A stretch of DNA of 64,000 nucleotides from Tagaea sp. (GTDB taxonomy: Bacteria; Pseudomonadota; Alphaproteobacteria; CACIAM-22H2), in NCBI GenBank assembly GCA_965279525.1, contig CBDIIB010000004.1, positions 320,001 to 384,000 on the forward strand, written 5' to 3'. How positions within the stretch are numbered: the stretch's first letter is position 1; each line of letters opens with the position of its first letter. Shown here piece after piece: positions 29,590 through 39,441 of this stretch. Position numbers and translations under genes: made by a program. The notes beneath the pieces are model-generated. The model had not been told where the DNA came from, did not search any database, and saw only the letters and a list, made by a program, of their open reading frames with translations.

Positions 29590-30293
29590 CAGTAGGCCTC
29601 CACGGTTTCGCCGTGCCGCTGGCAGTCGGCGGCGGCGAGGTCGACGAAAGCCCCGGTGACGTTCGCGGGCTGGGGCAGGGCGGCCTGGTCCTCGCCCGGG
29701 AAGGCGGCGGCGCGCATGCGCGTGGCGACGGCGCCGGGCGACAGCAGGTTCACGCGGATGGACGTGGACGCCAGTTCCTGTGCCCAGGTCTTGACCATCA
29801 TCTCGAGCGCGATCTTGCTGGTCGCATAGGCACCCCAATAGGCGCGAAACCTGTGGGCGGCTCCCGACGTGACGAAGATCGCGCGGCCGGAATCCGACAG
29901 CCGCAGGGCCGGCTCCAGCGTGCGCATCAGCCGCCAGTTGGCGTGCACGTTGATCTTGAAGACATCTTCCCAGTCCTTGGCGTCGTGGTGCGTGACGGGG
30001 CCAAGCGTGCCGAGCGCGCCGGCATTTCCGACCAGGATGTCGACCTTGCCGAACCGCTCGTAGAGCGAGGGGCCGAGCTGGTCGAGCTTGTCGAGTTCGG
30101 CCAGATCGACGGGAACCAGCGTCGTCGAGCCGCCGGCCCGCACGATCGCGTCGTCGAGTTCCTCGAGCGCGCCCACCGTGCGCGCGAGTGCCACGACATG
30201 CGCACCCTCGGCGGCGAAGCGTTCGGCGACCGCGCGCCCGATGCCGCGCGAGGCTCCCGTAATCACGGCAATGCGACCTTGCAGGCGCTTCAT
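29589..30293 (-). CDS. SDR oxidoreductase (YciK-like)
   Basis: TGASRGIG and YATSK motifs. Confidence 0.92.
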   Translation of the reverse strand: MKRLQGRIAVITGASRGIGRAVAERFAAEGAHVVALARTVGALEELDDAIVRAGGSTTLVPVDLAELDKLDQLGPSLYERFGKVDILVGNAGALGTLGPVTHHDAKDWEDVFKINVHANWRLMRTLEPALRLSDSGRAIFVTSGAAHRFRAYWGAYATSKIALEMMVKTWAQELASTSIRVNLLSPGAVATRMRAAAFPGEDQAALPQPANVTGAFVDLAAADCQRHGETVEAY

Positions 30294-30751
30294 GCGTCCC
30301 TCAGCGTTCTCTGGCGTGGCAAAAACAGGCGCCGCGCGATGCCCGCCGTCGCGGCAGCGATGACCAGACCCAGGATCGCCGCTCCGGCGCCATAGGCGGC
30401 GGCCTCGAGTGTCAGCGGCAGGCTCGGCTCATGCAGGCGCAGGCTTGCCTCGACGACCGGCCAGTCGAAATTCGCGGCGAAGGCGCGAAGGCGGCCGAGT
30501 CCGTTGCCGCCCAGATCGACGACGGCCTGACGCAGTTCGGGGATGACCGCCTCGAACCTCGCGATGCTGGACGTATCCGGCGTGGGCGAGATCCGCATCG
30601 CGGAAAGCTGGCGGTCGAGTTCGAGGGCGCTCTGGTCGAGACGATGGCGATAGGTGCCAAGGAACGCCGGCATTTGCATCCCGGAAATCGCGAACGTCAC
30701 GGCGAAGACCGCATCCCAGAGGCGCCGCAGACCGGCGGCGATCACGTTCAT
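30290..30751 (-). CDS. DUF2937-like membrane protein
   Basis: QMPAFLGTYRHRL motif, two TM segments, overlaps both neighbours by 4 nt. Confidence 0.65.
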   Translation of the reverse strand: MNVIAAGLRRLWDAVFAVTFAISGMQMPAFLGTYRHRLDQSALELDRQLSAMRISPTPDTSSIARFEAVIPELRQAVVDLGGNGLGRLRAFAANFDWPVVEASLRLHEPSLPLTLEAAAYGAGAAILGLVIAAATAGIARRLFLPRQRTLRDA

Positions 30752-32211
30752 GCGATCTCGAGCAGGCTCGCCTGCACGGGGTTGTCGCCGCGTTCCTCGA
30801 TGTCGGTGAGGCGCGTCGGGTATTCGCCCGTGAAGCACGCGTCGCAGAAGCGCGGCGCCTTGGGGTCACGGCCCGGCTCGCCCATCGCCCGGTAAAGCCC
30901 GTCGATCGAGATGAAGGCGAGGCTGTCGACGCCGATGATGCGCGCCATCGCCGCCACGTCGTTCTTGTGGGCGAGGAGCTGGCTGCTTTCGGGCGTGTCG
31001 ATGCCGTAGAAGCAGGAATGCTTCGTCGGCGGCGAGGAGATGCGCATGTGCACCTCGGTCGCACCGGCCTGACGGACCATCTCGACGATCTTCTTCGATG
31101 TGGTGCCGCGCACGATCGAATCGTCGACGAGGATCACGCGCTTGCCCGCGAGCCCGGCCCGGTTGGCGTTGTGCTTGAGCTTCACGCCCAGATGGCGGAT
31201 CTGGTCGGTCGGCTCGATGAACGTGCGGCCGACATAGTGGTTGCGGATGATGCCCAGATCGAACGGGATCCCGGATTCCTGCGCGTAGCCAAGGGCCGCA
31301 GGCACGCCGCTGTCGGGGACGGGTACGACGAGGTCGGCCGGCAGGCCGCTCTCGCGCGAGAGTTCGGCGCCGATGCGCTTGCGCGCCTCGTAGACCGATA
31401 TGCCCTCGGCCACGCTGTCGGGCCTGGCGAAATAGATGTACTCGAACACGCAGAAGCGCTTCACCTCGACGCGGAACGGCTTCATCGACCGGATGCCGGA
31501 GCGGTCGATGACGACCATCTCGCCGGCTTCGAGATCGCGCACGTAGTCCGCGCCGATGATGTCGAGCGCGCAGGTCTCCGACGTGACCACCCAGCTGTCG
31601 TCGAGCTTGCCGAGCACGAGCGGGCGCACGCCGCGCGGGTCGCGCACCGCGATGATCGTGTCCTTGGCGATGCAGGTCAGCGAATAGGCGCCTTCGACCT
31701 GGTTGAGCGCCGCGATCAGGCGCGTGGTCACGTCGCCCTGGGCCTGCGCCATCAGGTGGACGATGACTTCGGTGTCGGTCGTCGACTGGAAGATCGAGCC
31801 GCGCTTGATGAGGCTGCGGCGCAGCGTGTCGGCGTTGGTGAGGTTGCCGTTGTGGCCGAGCGCGAAGCCGCCGAACTCGAACTCGGCGAAGAGCGGCTGG
31901 ATGTTGCGAAGGATCGTGCCGCCGCTGGTGGAGTAGCGCACGTGGCCGATGGCGCTGTCGCCCTTCAGCGCCGCGATGACCTTCTGGTCGCCGAAATTGT
32001 CGCCGACCAGGCCGACCGCGCGGTGCGTGTGGAACTGCTTGCCGTCGAAGGCGACGATGCCGGCGGCTTCCTGGCCGCGATGCTGGAGCGCATGCAGGCC
32101 GAGGGCCGCGAGCGCGCCCGCGTCCTTGTGCCCGAGAATGCCGAAGATGCCGCATTCTTCCTTGAGCTTGTCGTCGTCGAAGGGATTGGTCGTCACCGAT
32201 GAGCGGTCCAT
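30748..32211 (-). CDS. purF: Amidophosphoribosyltransferase
   Basis: EECGIFG, QHRGQE and VDDSIVRGTT motifs. Confidence 0.98.
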   Translation of the reverse strand: MDRSSVTTNPFDDDKLKEECGIFGILGHKDAGALAALGLHALQHRGQEAAGIVAFDGKQFHTHRAVGLVGDNFGDQKVIAALKGDSAIGHVRYSTSGGTILRNIQPLFAEFEFGGFALGHNGNLTNADTLRRSLIKRGSIFQSTTDTEVIVHLMAQAQGDVTTRLIAALNQVEGAYSLTCIAKDTIIAVRDPRGVRPLVLGKLDDSWVVTSETCALDIIGADYVRDLEAGEMVVIDRSGIRSMKPFRVEVKRFCVFEYIYFARPDSVAEGISVYEARKRIGAELSRESGLPADLVVPVPDSGVPAALGYAQESGIPFDLGIIRNHYVGRTFIEPTDQIRHLGVKLKHNANRAGLAGKRVILVDDSIVRGTTSKKIVEMVRQAGATEVHMRISSPPTKHSCFYGIDTPESSQLLAHKNDVAAMARIIGVDSLAFISIDGLYRAMGEPGRDPKAPRFCDACFTGEYPTRLTDIEERGDNPVQASLLEIA

Positions 32212-32259
32212 GAAACCCCCAATGCGCCCTCGGCCCGGAGGGCGCGCGATCTCGACAAA

Positions 32260-32946
32260 CTAACGGCTGGGTGCGGCCGGCCGGACGCGGTCGATGAGCT
32301 GTTCCATGCCCTGCACCTCGTCGCGTTTATATCCCGTTTCGCCGGGCTGTGAAGGGGGATTCGGCTGGCCGTTCGGCTGCAGGCGCTGGAGGGCCTTGAG
32401 GGCCTCCGTGCCGCGCTGTGCCTGGTCTCCGGCACTCCGGACCTGGCCCCGGAATTCGGGTGGCGCAAGACCGACCAGATACTCGGCGATCTGCTCGATC
32501 AGCGGGCGCGTACGGGCTTCGTAGATCCAGTCAGGCCGCTTTTCCTCGGGGATCGCCCAGGCAAGCGCCAGCCAGGCGAGGCCAAGCAGGACGAGGCCGC
32601 GGAATATGCCGAAGACGAAGCCGAGCGACCGGTCGACCGCCGAAAGGCTCGAAGAACGGCGTACCAGCGCCGAGGTCCCATGCGCGATCATCGCGAACAC
32701 GATCAGGCTCGCCACGAACAGCGTGATGCCGGCCGCCACGTCGGCCAGCAGCTGGCTGTCGATGAAGGCCCGGAAATAGGGGCGGGCGAGGGCGAATCCC
32801 CACAGCGTGACGAGGGCGGCACCGGCCCAGGCGGCAAGGCTGAGGACTTCCTTGACGAAGCCCCGGATCAGCGCGACGAGCGCCGAAACCAGCACCACAA
32901 GGGCGACGGCACCGTCAAAAGCGTTGATAGGGAGCGAATCGAGCAT
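32260..32946 (-). CDS. cvpA: CvpA (colicin V production) family protein
   Basis: RGFVKEVLSL and DRSLGFVFG motifs; upstream of purF. Confidence 0.92.
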   Translation of the reverse strand: MLDSLPINAFDGAVALVVLVSALVALIRGFVKEVLSLAAWAGAALVTLWGFALARPYFRAFIDSQLLADVAAGITLFVASLIVFAMIAHGTSALVRRSSSLSAVDRSLGFVFGIFRGLVLLGLAWLALAWAIPEEKRPDWIYEARTRPLIEQIAEYLVGLAPPEFRGQVRSAGDQAQRGTEALKALQRLQPNGQPNPPSQPGETGYKRDEVQGMEQLIDRVRPAAPSR

Positions 32947-32966
32947 CGAAGGCCGAGAATACCAGC

Positions 32967-34355
32967 TTATCCGGGGCGGGCCATGCGGCGGGGGGCAGGG
33001 TTGCCCAGCGCCTCGACAAGGTCGCCGAGCAGGCGCAGTTCGCGCACGTCGATGCCCGCCACCGACGAGCCGCGCTTGCCGCGCGGCGGGCAGTACGCCC
33101 GACCGAACCCCAATTTTGCGGCTTCCTTGAGGCGGGCTTCGGTCTGGCCGACGGCGCGCACTTCGCCCGACAGGCCGATTTCGCCGAAAACGACCGATTC
33201 GCCGGGGACGGGCGTGTCGGTCAGGGCCGAAACGAGGGCCGCGGCGACCGCAAGATCGGCGGCTGGTTCGGCGATGCGAAGACCGCCGGCCACGTTCAGG
33301 TAGACATCCGCCCCGCCGAAAGCGAGACCGCAGCGCGTTTCCAGCACCGCCAGCACCATGGCGAGCCGGCCGGAATCCCAGCCGATCACGGCCCGGCGCG
33401 GCGTGCCGTAAGTGCTGGGGGCGACCAGCGCCTGGATCTCGACCAGCACGGGGCGGGTACCCTCCATGCCGGCGAAGACGGCGGCACCGGAAACCTCGCC
33501 GCGCCGTTCGGCAAGGAACAGGGCAGACGGGTTGGGAACCTCAGTGAGGCCGGCGTCCGTCATCTCGAACACGCCGATCTCGTCGGTCGGACCGAAGCGG
33601 TTCTTGACCGCGCGCAGGATGCGGAACTGGTGGCCGCGCTCGCCCTCGAAATAGAGCACCGTGTCGACCATGTGCTCGAGCACGCGCGGGCCGGCGATCG
33701 TGCCTTCTTTCGTGACGTGGCCCACGAGGATCACGGCGATGCCGCGCCGCTTGGCGAGCCGGATGAGTTCGGCCGCCGACGCGCGCACCTGTGCGACCGT
33801 GCCGGGCGCGCTGTCGAGCTGGTCGATATACATCGTCTGGATCGAATCGATGACCGCGAGGTCGGGCGCGTCACTGGCATCGAGCGTGGCGAGGATATCG
33901 CGCACGTTTGTGGCCGACGCGAGCGAGACCTTGGCCTTGGCAAGGTCGAGGCGCGTGGCGCGCATGCGGATCTGGTCGACCGCTTCTTCGCCGGAGATGT
34001 AGGCGACACGCGCGTTCTTCGAGAGCGCTGCCGCCGCCTGCAGCAGCAGCGTCGATTTCCCGATGCCCGGATCGCCGCCGACGAGCACGGCGGAACCTTT
34101 GACGAGGCCGCCGCCCAGCACGCGGTCAAGCTCGGCGATCCCGGTCTTGCGGCGCGGGGCCTGCTCGCTCTCGCCTTCGAGATCGACGAACGAGACGCGC
34201 TTGCCGCCTTTGCCCGACACGCCCTTGGGGGCGACGTCCGGCACGGCTTCTTCGACGATTGTGTTCCACGCCCCGCACGCGTCGCAACGCCCGGACCAGC
34301 GCGGATGCACGCCCCCGCATTCCTGGCAGACGAAGCGGGCAGCCGCTTTTGCCAT
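32967..34355 (-). CDS. radA: DNA repair protein RadA/Sms
   Basis: C4 zinc finger, GDPGIGKS, KNRFG. Confidence 0.97.
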   Translation of the reverse strand: MAKAAARFVCQECGGVHPRWSGRCDACGAWNTIVEEAVPDVAPKGVSGKGGKRVSFVDLEGESEQAPRRKTGIAELDRVLGGGLVKGSAVLVGGDPGIGKSTLLLQAAAALSKNARVAYISGEEAVDQIRMRATRLDLAKAKVSLASATNVRDILATLDASDAPDLAVIDSIQTMYIDQLDSAPGTVAQVRASAAELIRLAKRRGIAVILVGHVTKEGTIAGPRVLEHMVDTVLYFEGERGHQFRILRAVKNRFGPTDEIGVFEMTDAGLTEVPNPSALFLAERRGEVSGAAVFAGMEGTRPVLVEIQALVAPSTYGTPRRAVIGWDSGRLAMVLAVLETRCGLAFGGADVYLNVAGGLRIAEPAADLAVAAALVSALTDTPVPGESVVFGEIGLSGEVRAVGQTEARLKEAAKLGFGRAYCPPRGKRGSSVAGIDVRELRLLGDLVEALGNPAPRRMARPG

Positions 34356-34357
34356 CG

Positions 34358-35131
34358 TCAGACGGGGATCTGCATGCGGATCGGGCCTTCGGCACGTCCA
34401 TGGATGAACTGGTCGACGTAGGGATTGCCCGAATGGTCGATCTCGCCGACCGGGCCCTGCCAGATGATCTTGCCCTGGTAGAGCATCGCGATGCGGTGCG
34501 CGATCTTGCGCGCACTCGCCATGTCGTGCGTGATCGACAGCGCGCTGGCACCCAGGCGATGCACGCAGTCGGCGATCAGGTCGTTAATGACGTCGGACAT
34601 GATCGGGTCGAGCCCGGTCGTCGGTTCGTCGAAGAAGATGATCTCGGGCTGCGTGGCGATGGCGCGCGCGAGGCCCACGCGCTTGCGCATGCCGCCGGAA
34701 AGCTCGGAGGGCTGCAGTTCGGCGACCTGTGCCGGCAGGCCGACTTGGGCCAGCTTCTCGATCGCGATGATCTTGGCCTCGCGCTTGGCCTTGCCTTGCG
34801 CCGCGATCAGGCCGAAGGCGACGTTTTCCCAGACGCTGAGCGAGTCGAACAGGGCGGCGGACTGGAACAGCATGCCGAACTTGCGGTTGACCGCCTCGCG
34901 CTCGCGCGTGGGCATGCCGATCACTTCCTGCCCGTCGACCTTGATCGAGCCTTCTTCCGGATCGAGAAGGCCGAGGATGCACTTGAGCAACACCGACTTG
35001 CCGGTCCCCGATCCGCCGATGATGACGACTGATTCCGCGTTGCCCACGTCAAGATCGAGGCCGTCGAGGACGACCTTGGAGCCGAAGCGCTTCTTGAGGC
35101 CGCGGATCTGGATTTTCGGGGTTTCGGCCAT
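34358..35131 (-). CDS. mlaF: ABC transporter ATP-binding protein (MlaF-like)
   Basis: GGSGTGKS, LSGGMRKRV and DEPTTGLDP motifs. Confidence 0.9.
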   Translation of the reverse strand: MAETPKIQIRGLKKRFGSKVVLDGLDLDVGNAESVVIIGGSGTGKSVLLKCILGLLDPEEGSIKVDGQEVIGMPTREREAVNRKFGMLFQSAALFDSLSVWENVAFGLIAAQGKAKREAKIIAIEKLAQVGLPAQVAELQPSELSGGMRKRVGLARAIATQPEIIFFDEPTTGLDPIMSDVINDLIADCVHRLGASALSITHDMASARKIAHRIAMLYQGKIIWQGPVGEIDHSGNPYVDQFIHGRAEGPIRMQIPV

Positions 35132-35143
35132 GCGCGTCCCCAC

Positions 35144-35922
35144 CTAGCGTGTCGCGAAGAAGATTTCGGTAATCGCGTAGTTGAAGATCAGGATCAGGAT
35201 CGAGGCGGAGACGACCGCGTTGGTCGTCGCCCGGCCCACGCCCTGGGCGCCGCCTTCGGACTTGTAGCCGTGGTAGCAGCCCATCAGCGTGATGATGAAG
35301 CCGAACACCGATGCCTTCACGAGGCCGGAGAACACGTCCATGAACTCGAGATAGTCGAAGGTCTGCTTGAGATAGACCGCCGCGTTGAAGTCGAGCTTGT
35401 AGACGCCCACGATGTAGCCGCCGAACACGCCGATGATGTCGGCGACGACGACCAGCATCGGCAGCGTGACCGCACCCGCGATCAGGCGCGGGGCGACGAG
35501 ATACTTCATCGGGTTGGTCGAAAGCGTGTGGAGCGCGTCGATCTGCTCGGTCACGCGCATCGTGCCGATCTCGGCGGCGATGGAGGCACCGATGCGGCCC
35601 GGCCACCATCAGGCCGGCGATGACGGGGCCAAGCTCGCGGGTGACCGACAGGACCACGACCGTCGCGACCGCACCTTCGGCGGAAAAGCGCGCGAACCCG
35701 GTATAGCTCTGGAGTGCGAGCACCATGCCGGTGAACAAGCGCGGTCAGGCCCACGACGGGAAGCGAGAAATACCCGATATCCAGCATCTGGCGCAGGATG
35801 TGGCGGATATAGAAGGGCGGGCGAAAACAGTGCGAGACCGCACGCGAGCTGAACAGCGAGATCTCGCCGACCTGCTGCAGGAAACCCAGGAAGAACCGGC
35901 CGACGGTCGCAAGCGGGTTCAT
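35144..35922 (-). pseudogene. mlaE: MlaE-family ABC permease with two +1 frameshifts (likely sequencing errors)
   Basis: Three consecutive ORF pieces join into MlaE (SLPVVGLTAL / FTGMVLALQ...RELGPV / IGA...MRVTEQIDAL). Length 779 = 777+2; extra bases near 35737 and 35599. Confidence 0.85.
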
Positions 35923-37019
35923 GCGGCAGGCTCGAGATAGCTGCGCGCGAAACGCTTGCCCAGACGCGTCAGCACCTCGTAGCCGTTCGTGCCGGCGTGG
36001 CTGGCCACCTCGTCGACCGTCATGCGGCTGCCGAGCAGTTCGACCATCTGGCCCGGGCGGGCCTCGGGTGCTTGGCTGACATCGAGGGTGATCAGATCCA
36101 TGGAGACGCGACCGAGGAAGGGAAGTTGCTTGTCGCCGATATAGGCGGCCCCCCGACCGGACAGCGAGCGCAGCCACCCATCGGCGTAACCGCAGGCGAT
36201 CGTTGCGACTTTCGTCGGCCGATTCGCCTGCCACGTCGCACCATAGCCAACGGTCTGGGGGTGGTCAATTTCGCGGACCTGCAGGATGCGCGCTTCCAAG
36301 CACGCCACCGTGCGCACCGGGTTCGCGGCATCGGGCGTCGGATTGATGCCGTAGACGGCGCAGCCGGGGCGCGCCAGATCGAAATGATAGGCGCTGCCCA
36401 GAAACACGCCGGAAGAATTCGCGAAGCTCGCGCGCACGTTCGGGAAGGCCGCGCGGATTTTCGTGAACCGGTCGAGCTGGGCCGTGTTGATCGGGTTGTC
36501 GCGTTCTTCCGAGCTGACGAGGTGGCTCATGACGTAGCGCAGGTCGAGCCCGGCCAGAACCGACGGATCGGCGATCAGCGCATCGGTCTCACGCGGAGAC
36601 AGCCCGAGGCGCGACATGCCGGTGTCGAAATGGAGATTGGCTTTCAGCTTCTCGCCGGCCTCGCGCGCGGCCTTGGCCCACGCTTCGATCTGGCCCGGAT
36701 CGTTGAGGCTCGGCGTGAGGTCGCGCCGGCGGAACAACGGTGCTTCATCCGGCCCCAGCCCGTCGAGCACGCACACGCTCGCGTCTTCGCCGACATAGTC
36801 GCGCAGTTCCAGTCCCTCGTTGAGGCGGGCGACGAAGAAATGCCGGCAGCCGGCGCGATAGAGCGCGCGCCCGACCGGCCCCGCACCCAGCCCGTAGCCG
36901 TCCGCCTTGACGATGCCGGCACACGCCGCCGGCGCCACGCGCGCGGCCAGATCGCGCCAGTTGGCGACGAGTGCGGCCAGATCGACGGTCAGCAGCGAAG
37001 CGGGCCGTGCGTCAGTCAT
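35919..37019 (-). CDS. alr: Alanine racemase
   Basis: VKADGYGLG, DTGMSRLG, GYADG and GRVSMD motifs. Confidence 0.96.
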   Translation of the reverse strand: MTDARPASLLTVDLAALVANWRDLAARVAPAACAGIVKADGYGLGAGPVGRALYRAGCRHFFVARLNEGLELRDYVGEDASVCVLDGLGPDEAPLFRRRDLTPSLNDPGQIEAWAKAAREAGEKLKANLHFDTGMSRLGLSPRETDALIADPSVLAGLDLRYVMSHLVSSEERDNPINTAQLDRFTKIRAAFPNVRASFANSSGVFLGSAYHFDLARPGCAVYGINPTPDAANPVRTVACLEARILQVREIDHPQTVGYGATWQANRPTKVATIACGYADGWLRSLSGRGAAYIGDKQLPFLGRVSMDLITLDVSQAPEARPGQMVELLGSRMTVDEVASHAGTNGYEVLTRLGKRFARSYLEPAA

Positions 37020-38577
37020 GCATGTCGGGCAGGTATTCCGACGCGGCGAGGTCCGAGAACTTCGTGAACTGCCCGTCGAAGCGCAGCCGCACCGTGCCGA
37101 TCGGGCCGTGACGCTGCTTGCCGAGGATGACCTCGGCCACGTTCATCACCTGCTCGCCGCGCTCCTGCCATTTCTGGTGACGCTCGTTGAACTTGCTTTC
37201 GTCTTCCTCGGGGCGGCGCGAGGGCTCGGAGCGGCTGTGATAGTACTCCTCGCGATAGACGAACATGACGACGTCCGAGTCCTGCTCGATCGTGCCTGAT
37301 TCGCGAAGGTCGGAGAGCTGCGGGCGCTTGTCCTCGCGCTGCTCGACCGCGCGCGAGAGCTGCGAGAGCGCCACGACCGGCACGTCGAGTTCCTTGGCGA
37401 GCGCCTTCAGGCCACGGGTGATGGCGGAGATTTCCTGCACGCGGCCTTCGGCCCGGCTGCCCGGCGGGGGTGCGAGAAGCTGCAGGTAGTCGATGACGAT
37501 GAGGCCAAGCCCGTGCGTGCGCTTCAGGCGCCGCGCGCGCGTGCGCACGGCCGAGACCGACAGGGCGGGCGTGTCGTCGATATGCAGCGGCAGCGTGGCG
37601 AGGCGCTGGGCGGCCTCGACGAATTTCGGGAAATCCTCGCCCGACACTTCGCCGCGCCGGATCTTGTCCGACGGGACTTCGACCTGCTCGGACAGAAGGC
37701 GGTTGGCGAGCTGCTCGGCCGACATTTCGAGCGAGAAGAACGCGACGGTACCCCCTTCGGCGTCGGGGTTGTCCTTGTCGAGGCCTTCGAGCGTCGCGCG
37801 CTCCAGCCAGGCCTGGCGGGCGATCGCCGCGTTGAACGCGATCTTGGTGGCGAGCGCCGTCTTGCCCATCGACGGACGGCCGGCAAGGATGATCAGGTCG
37901 GACTTGTGCAGGCCGCCGAGCTTGTCGTCGAGATCGGTGAAACCCGTCGTGACGCCGGTGACGGCCCCGTCGCGCTTGAAGGCGAGGGTGGCCATGTCGA
38001 TGGCGGCCGTCAGCGCCTTGTTGAACGTCTTGAAGCCGCCCTCGACCTGGCCCTTCTCTGCAAGATCGAACAGCTTCTGTTCGGCCGCCTCGATCTTGGC
38101 GTTGGCGTCGCTCTCGACGTCGAAGGCGAACGCCTCGTTGACGACGTCGGTACCGATGTCGATCAGCTGGCGGCGCAGATAGAGGTCGAAGATGCGCTGC
38201 GCGTAGTCCTGCGCGTTGATGATCGTGACGGCGGCGGCCTGCAGGCGGGCCAGATACTCGGCCCCGCCGATCTCGGTCAGCTCGCCGTCATGCTCGAAAT
38301 AGTTCTTCAGCGTGGCGGCGTTCGCCTGCTGGCCCTTCTGCACGAGCTTGCCGACCGCGTCGTAGATGCGCCCGTGCCTTCCGTCGGCGAAATGCTCGGG
38401 CAGCAGCAGCTCGCTGACCTTCTCGAACGCGCGGTTGTTGGCGAGCAAGGCCGCCAGCAATCCCATCTCGACTTCGAAATTGTGGGGCGGGATCCGCGCC
38501 GCCGGCTCGTCGCCGGTGCGGTTGGGAAAGGGTGCGACGTTGCTGGGAAGGGGTGTTTCCATCGGGGCCGCGACCAT
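37012..38577 (-). CDS. dnaB: Replicative DNA helicase
   Basis: GRPSMGKT, IDYLQL, LSQLSR and KQRHGP motifs; no intein. Confidence 0.98.
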   Translation of the reverse strand: MVAAPMETPLPSNVAPFPNRTGDEPAARIPPHNFEVEMGLLAALLANNRAFEKVSELLLPEHFADGRHGRIYDAVGKLVQKGQQANAATLKNYFEHDGELTEIGGAEYLARLQAAAVTIINAQDYAQRIFDLYLRRQLIDIGTDVVNEAFAFDVESDANAKIEAAEQKLFDLAEKGQVEGGFKTFNKALTAAIDMATLAFKRDGAVTGVTTGFTDLDDKLGGLHKSDLIILAGRPSMGKTALATKIAFNAAIARQAWLERATLEGLDKDNPDAEGGTVAFFSLEMSAEQLANRLLSEQVEVPSDKIRRGEVSGEDFPKFVEAAQRLATLPLHIDDTPALSVSAVRTRARRLKRTHGLGLIVIDYLQLLAPPPGSRAEGRVQEISAITRGLKALAKELDVPVVALSQLSRAVEQREDKRPQLSDLRESGTIEQDSDVVMFVYREEYYHSRSEPSRRPEEDESKFNERHQKWQERGEQVMNVAEVILGKQRHGPIGTVRLRFDGQFTKFSDLAASEYLPDMHD

Positions 38578-38634
38578 AGGCGTGTCCGCGCTCGGGCAAC
38601 AATCGAATTGCGACGGATCGACTCGAATTCGAAG

Positions 38635-38658
38635 TTATCCAGTGGATTGTGTGGACAA
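38635..38658. promoter_or_regulatory. Putative DnaA boxes upstream of dnaB
   Basis: TTATCCAGT (38635-38643) and TGTGGACAA (38650-38658; TTGTCCACA on minus) versus consensus TTATCCACA. Confidence 0.5.
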
Positions 38659-38680
38659 CATCGGCCGGCCGCAAGAAACG

Positions 38681-38712
38681 AAAAACGGCGCGCGTCGGAG
38701 GGACGCGCGCCG
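38681..38712 (-). terminator. Rho-independent terminator after rplI
   Basis: CGGCGCGCGTC/GACGCGCGCCG stem followed by a T5 run on the minus strand. Confidence 0.75.
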
Positions 38713-38753
38713 CTGATCGGCAAGATCGACGAAGAAAAAGGAAGGTGAGGGGC

Positions 38754-39404
38754 TTACGCCTCGTCCTTCTCTTCCTTTGCCTTCGTCTTGCGGGCCTTCT
38801 TGGCCGGCTTTTCGGCCGGTGCTTCTTCCGTCGCGGCGGCGGCTTCTTCGGCGGCCGGCGCTTCTTCCGGGGCCGTCAGTTCGGCCGGCGGTGCGGCTTC
38901 GGCGGTCGGCTTGGGTGCCTTGCCCTCGGCCTGGAGCTTCGCTTCTTCCGGCGTCTGGGCGATGTTGACGGTGATCGCGATGGCGACTTCCGGGTGCAGG
39001 GCGAGGCGGGTCTTGAACAGGCCCAGCGCCTTGATCGGCTGGTCGAGCAGGACCTGCGCGCGCGTGACGGTCACGCCGCCTTCGGTGACGGCGACCGCGA
39101 TGTCGCGGCTCGAGACCGAGCCGTACAGCATGCCGCTCTCGCCCGCCTGGCGGATGATGACGACGGCGAACTTGTCGCCCATCTTCGCGGCGACGGCTTC
39201 GGCGTCGGCGCGCTGCTTGAGGTTCTGGGCCTCGAGCTGGGCGCGCTGCTTCTCGAAGAACGCCATGTTCTCCTTCGTCGCGCGCATCGCCTTCTTCTGC
39301 GGCAGTAGGTAGTTGCGCGCGAAGCCGGGCTTCACCTTGACCACATCGCCCATCTGGCCGAGCGATTCGATCCGTTGCAGCAGAATTACGTCCATCTGGG
39401 ACAT
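38754..39404 (-). CDS. rplI: 50S ribosomal protein L9
   Basis: GDVVKVKPGFARNYLLP and LYGSVS motifs. Confidence 0.97.
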   Translation of the reverse strand: MSQMDVILLQRIESLGQMGDVVKVKPGFARNYLLPQKKAMRATKENMAFFEKQRAQLEAQNLKQRADAEAVAAKMGDKFAVVIIRQAGESGMLYGSVSSRDIAVAVTEGGVTVTRAQVLLDQPIKALGLFKTRLALHPEVAIAITVNIAQTPEEAKLQAEGKAPKPTAEAAPPAELTAPEEAPAAEEAAAATEEAPAEKPAKKARKTKAKEEKDEA

Positions 39405-39441
39405 GTCTTGTCTCCTTGACCTTGCCGTCGTTCGATTTGGG

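Noticed and set aside
37012-38577. Possible intein in DnaB
   Set aside because: Length is normal; the short insert after Walker A lacks intein termini and is typical of alphaproteobacterial DnaB.
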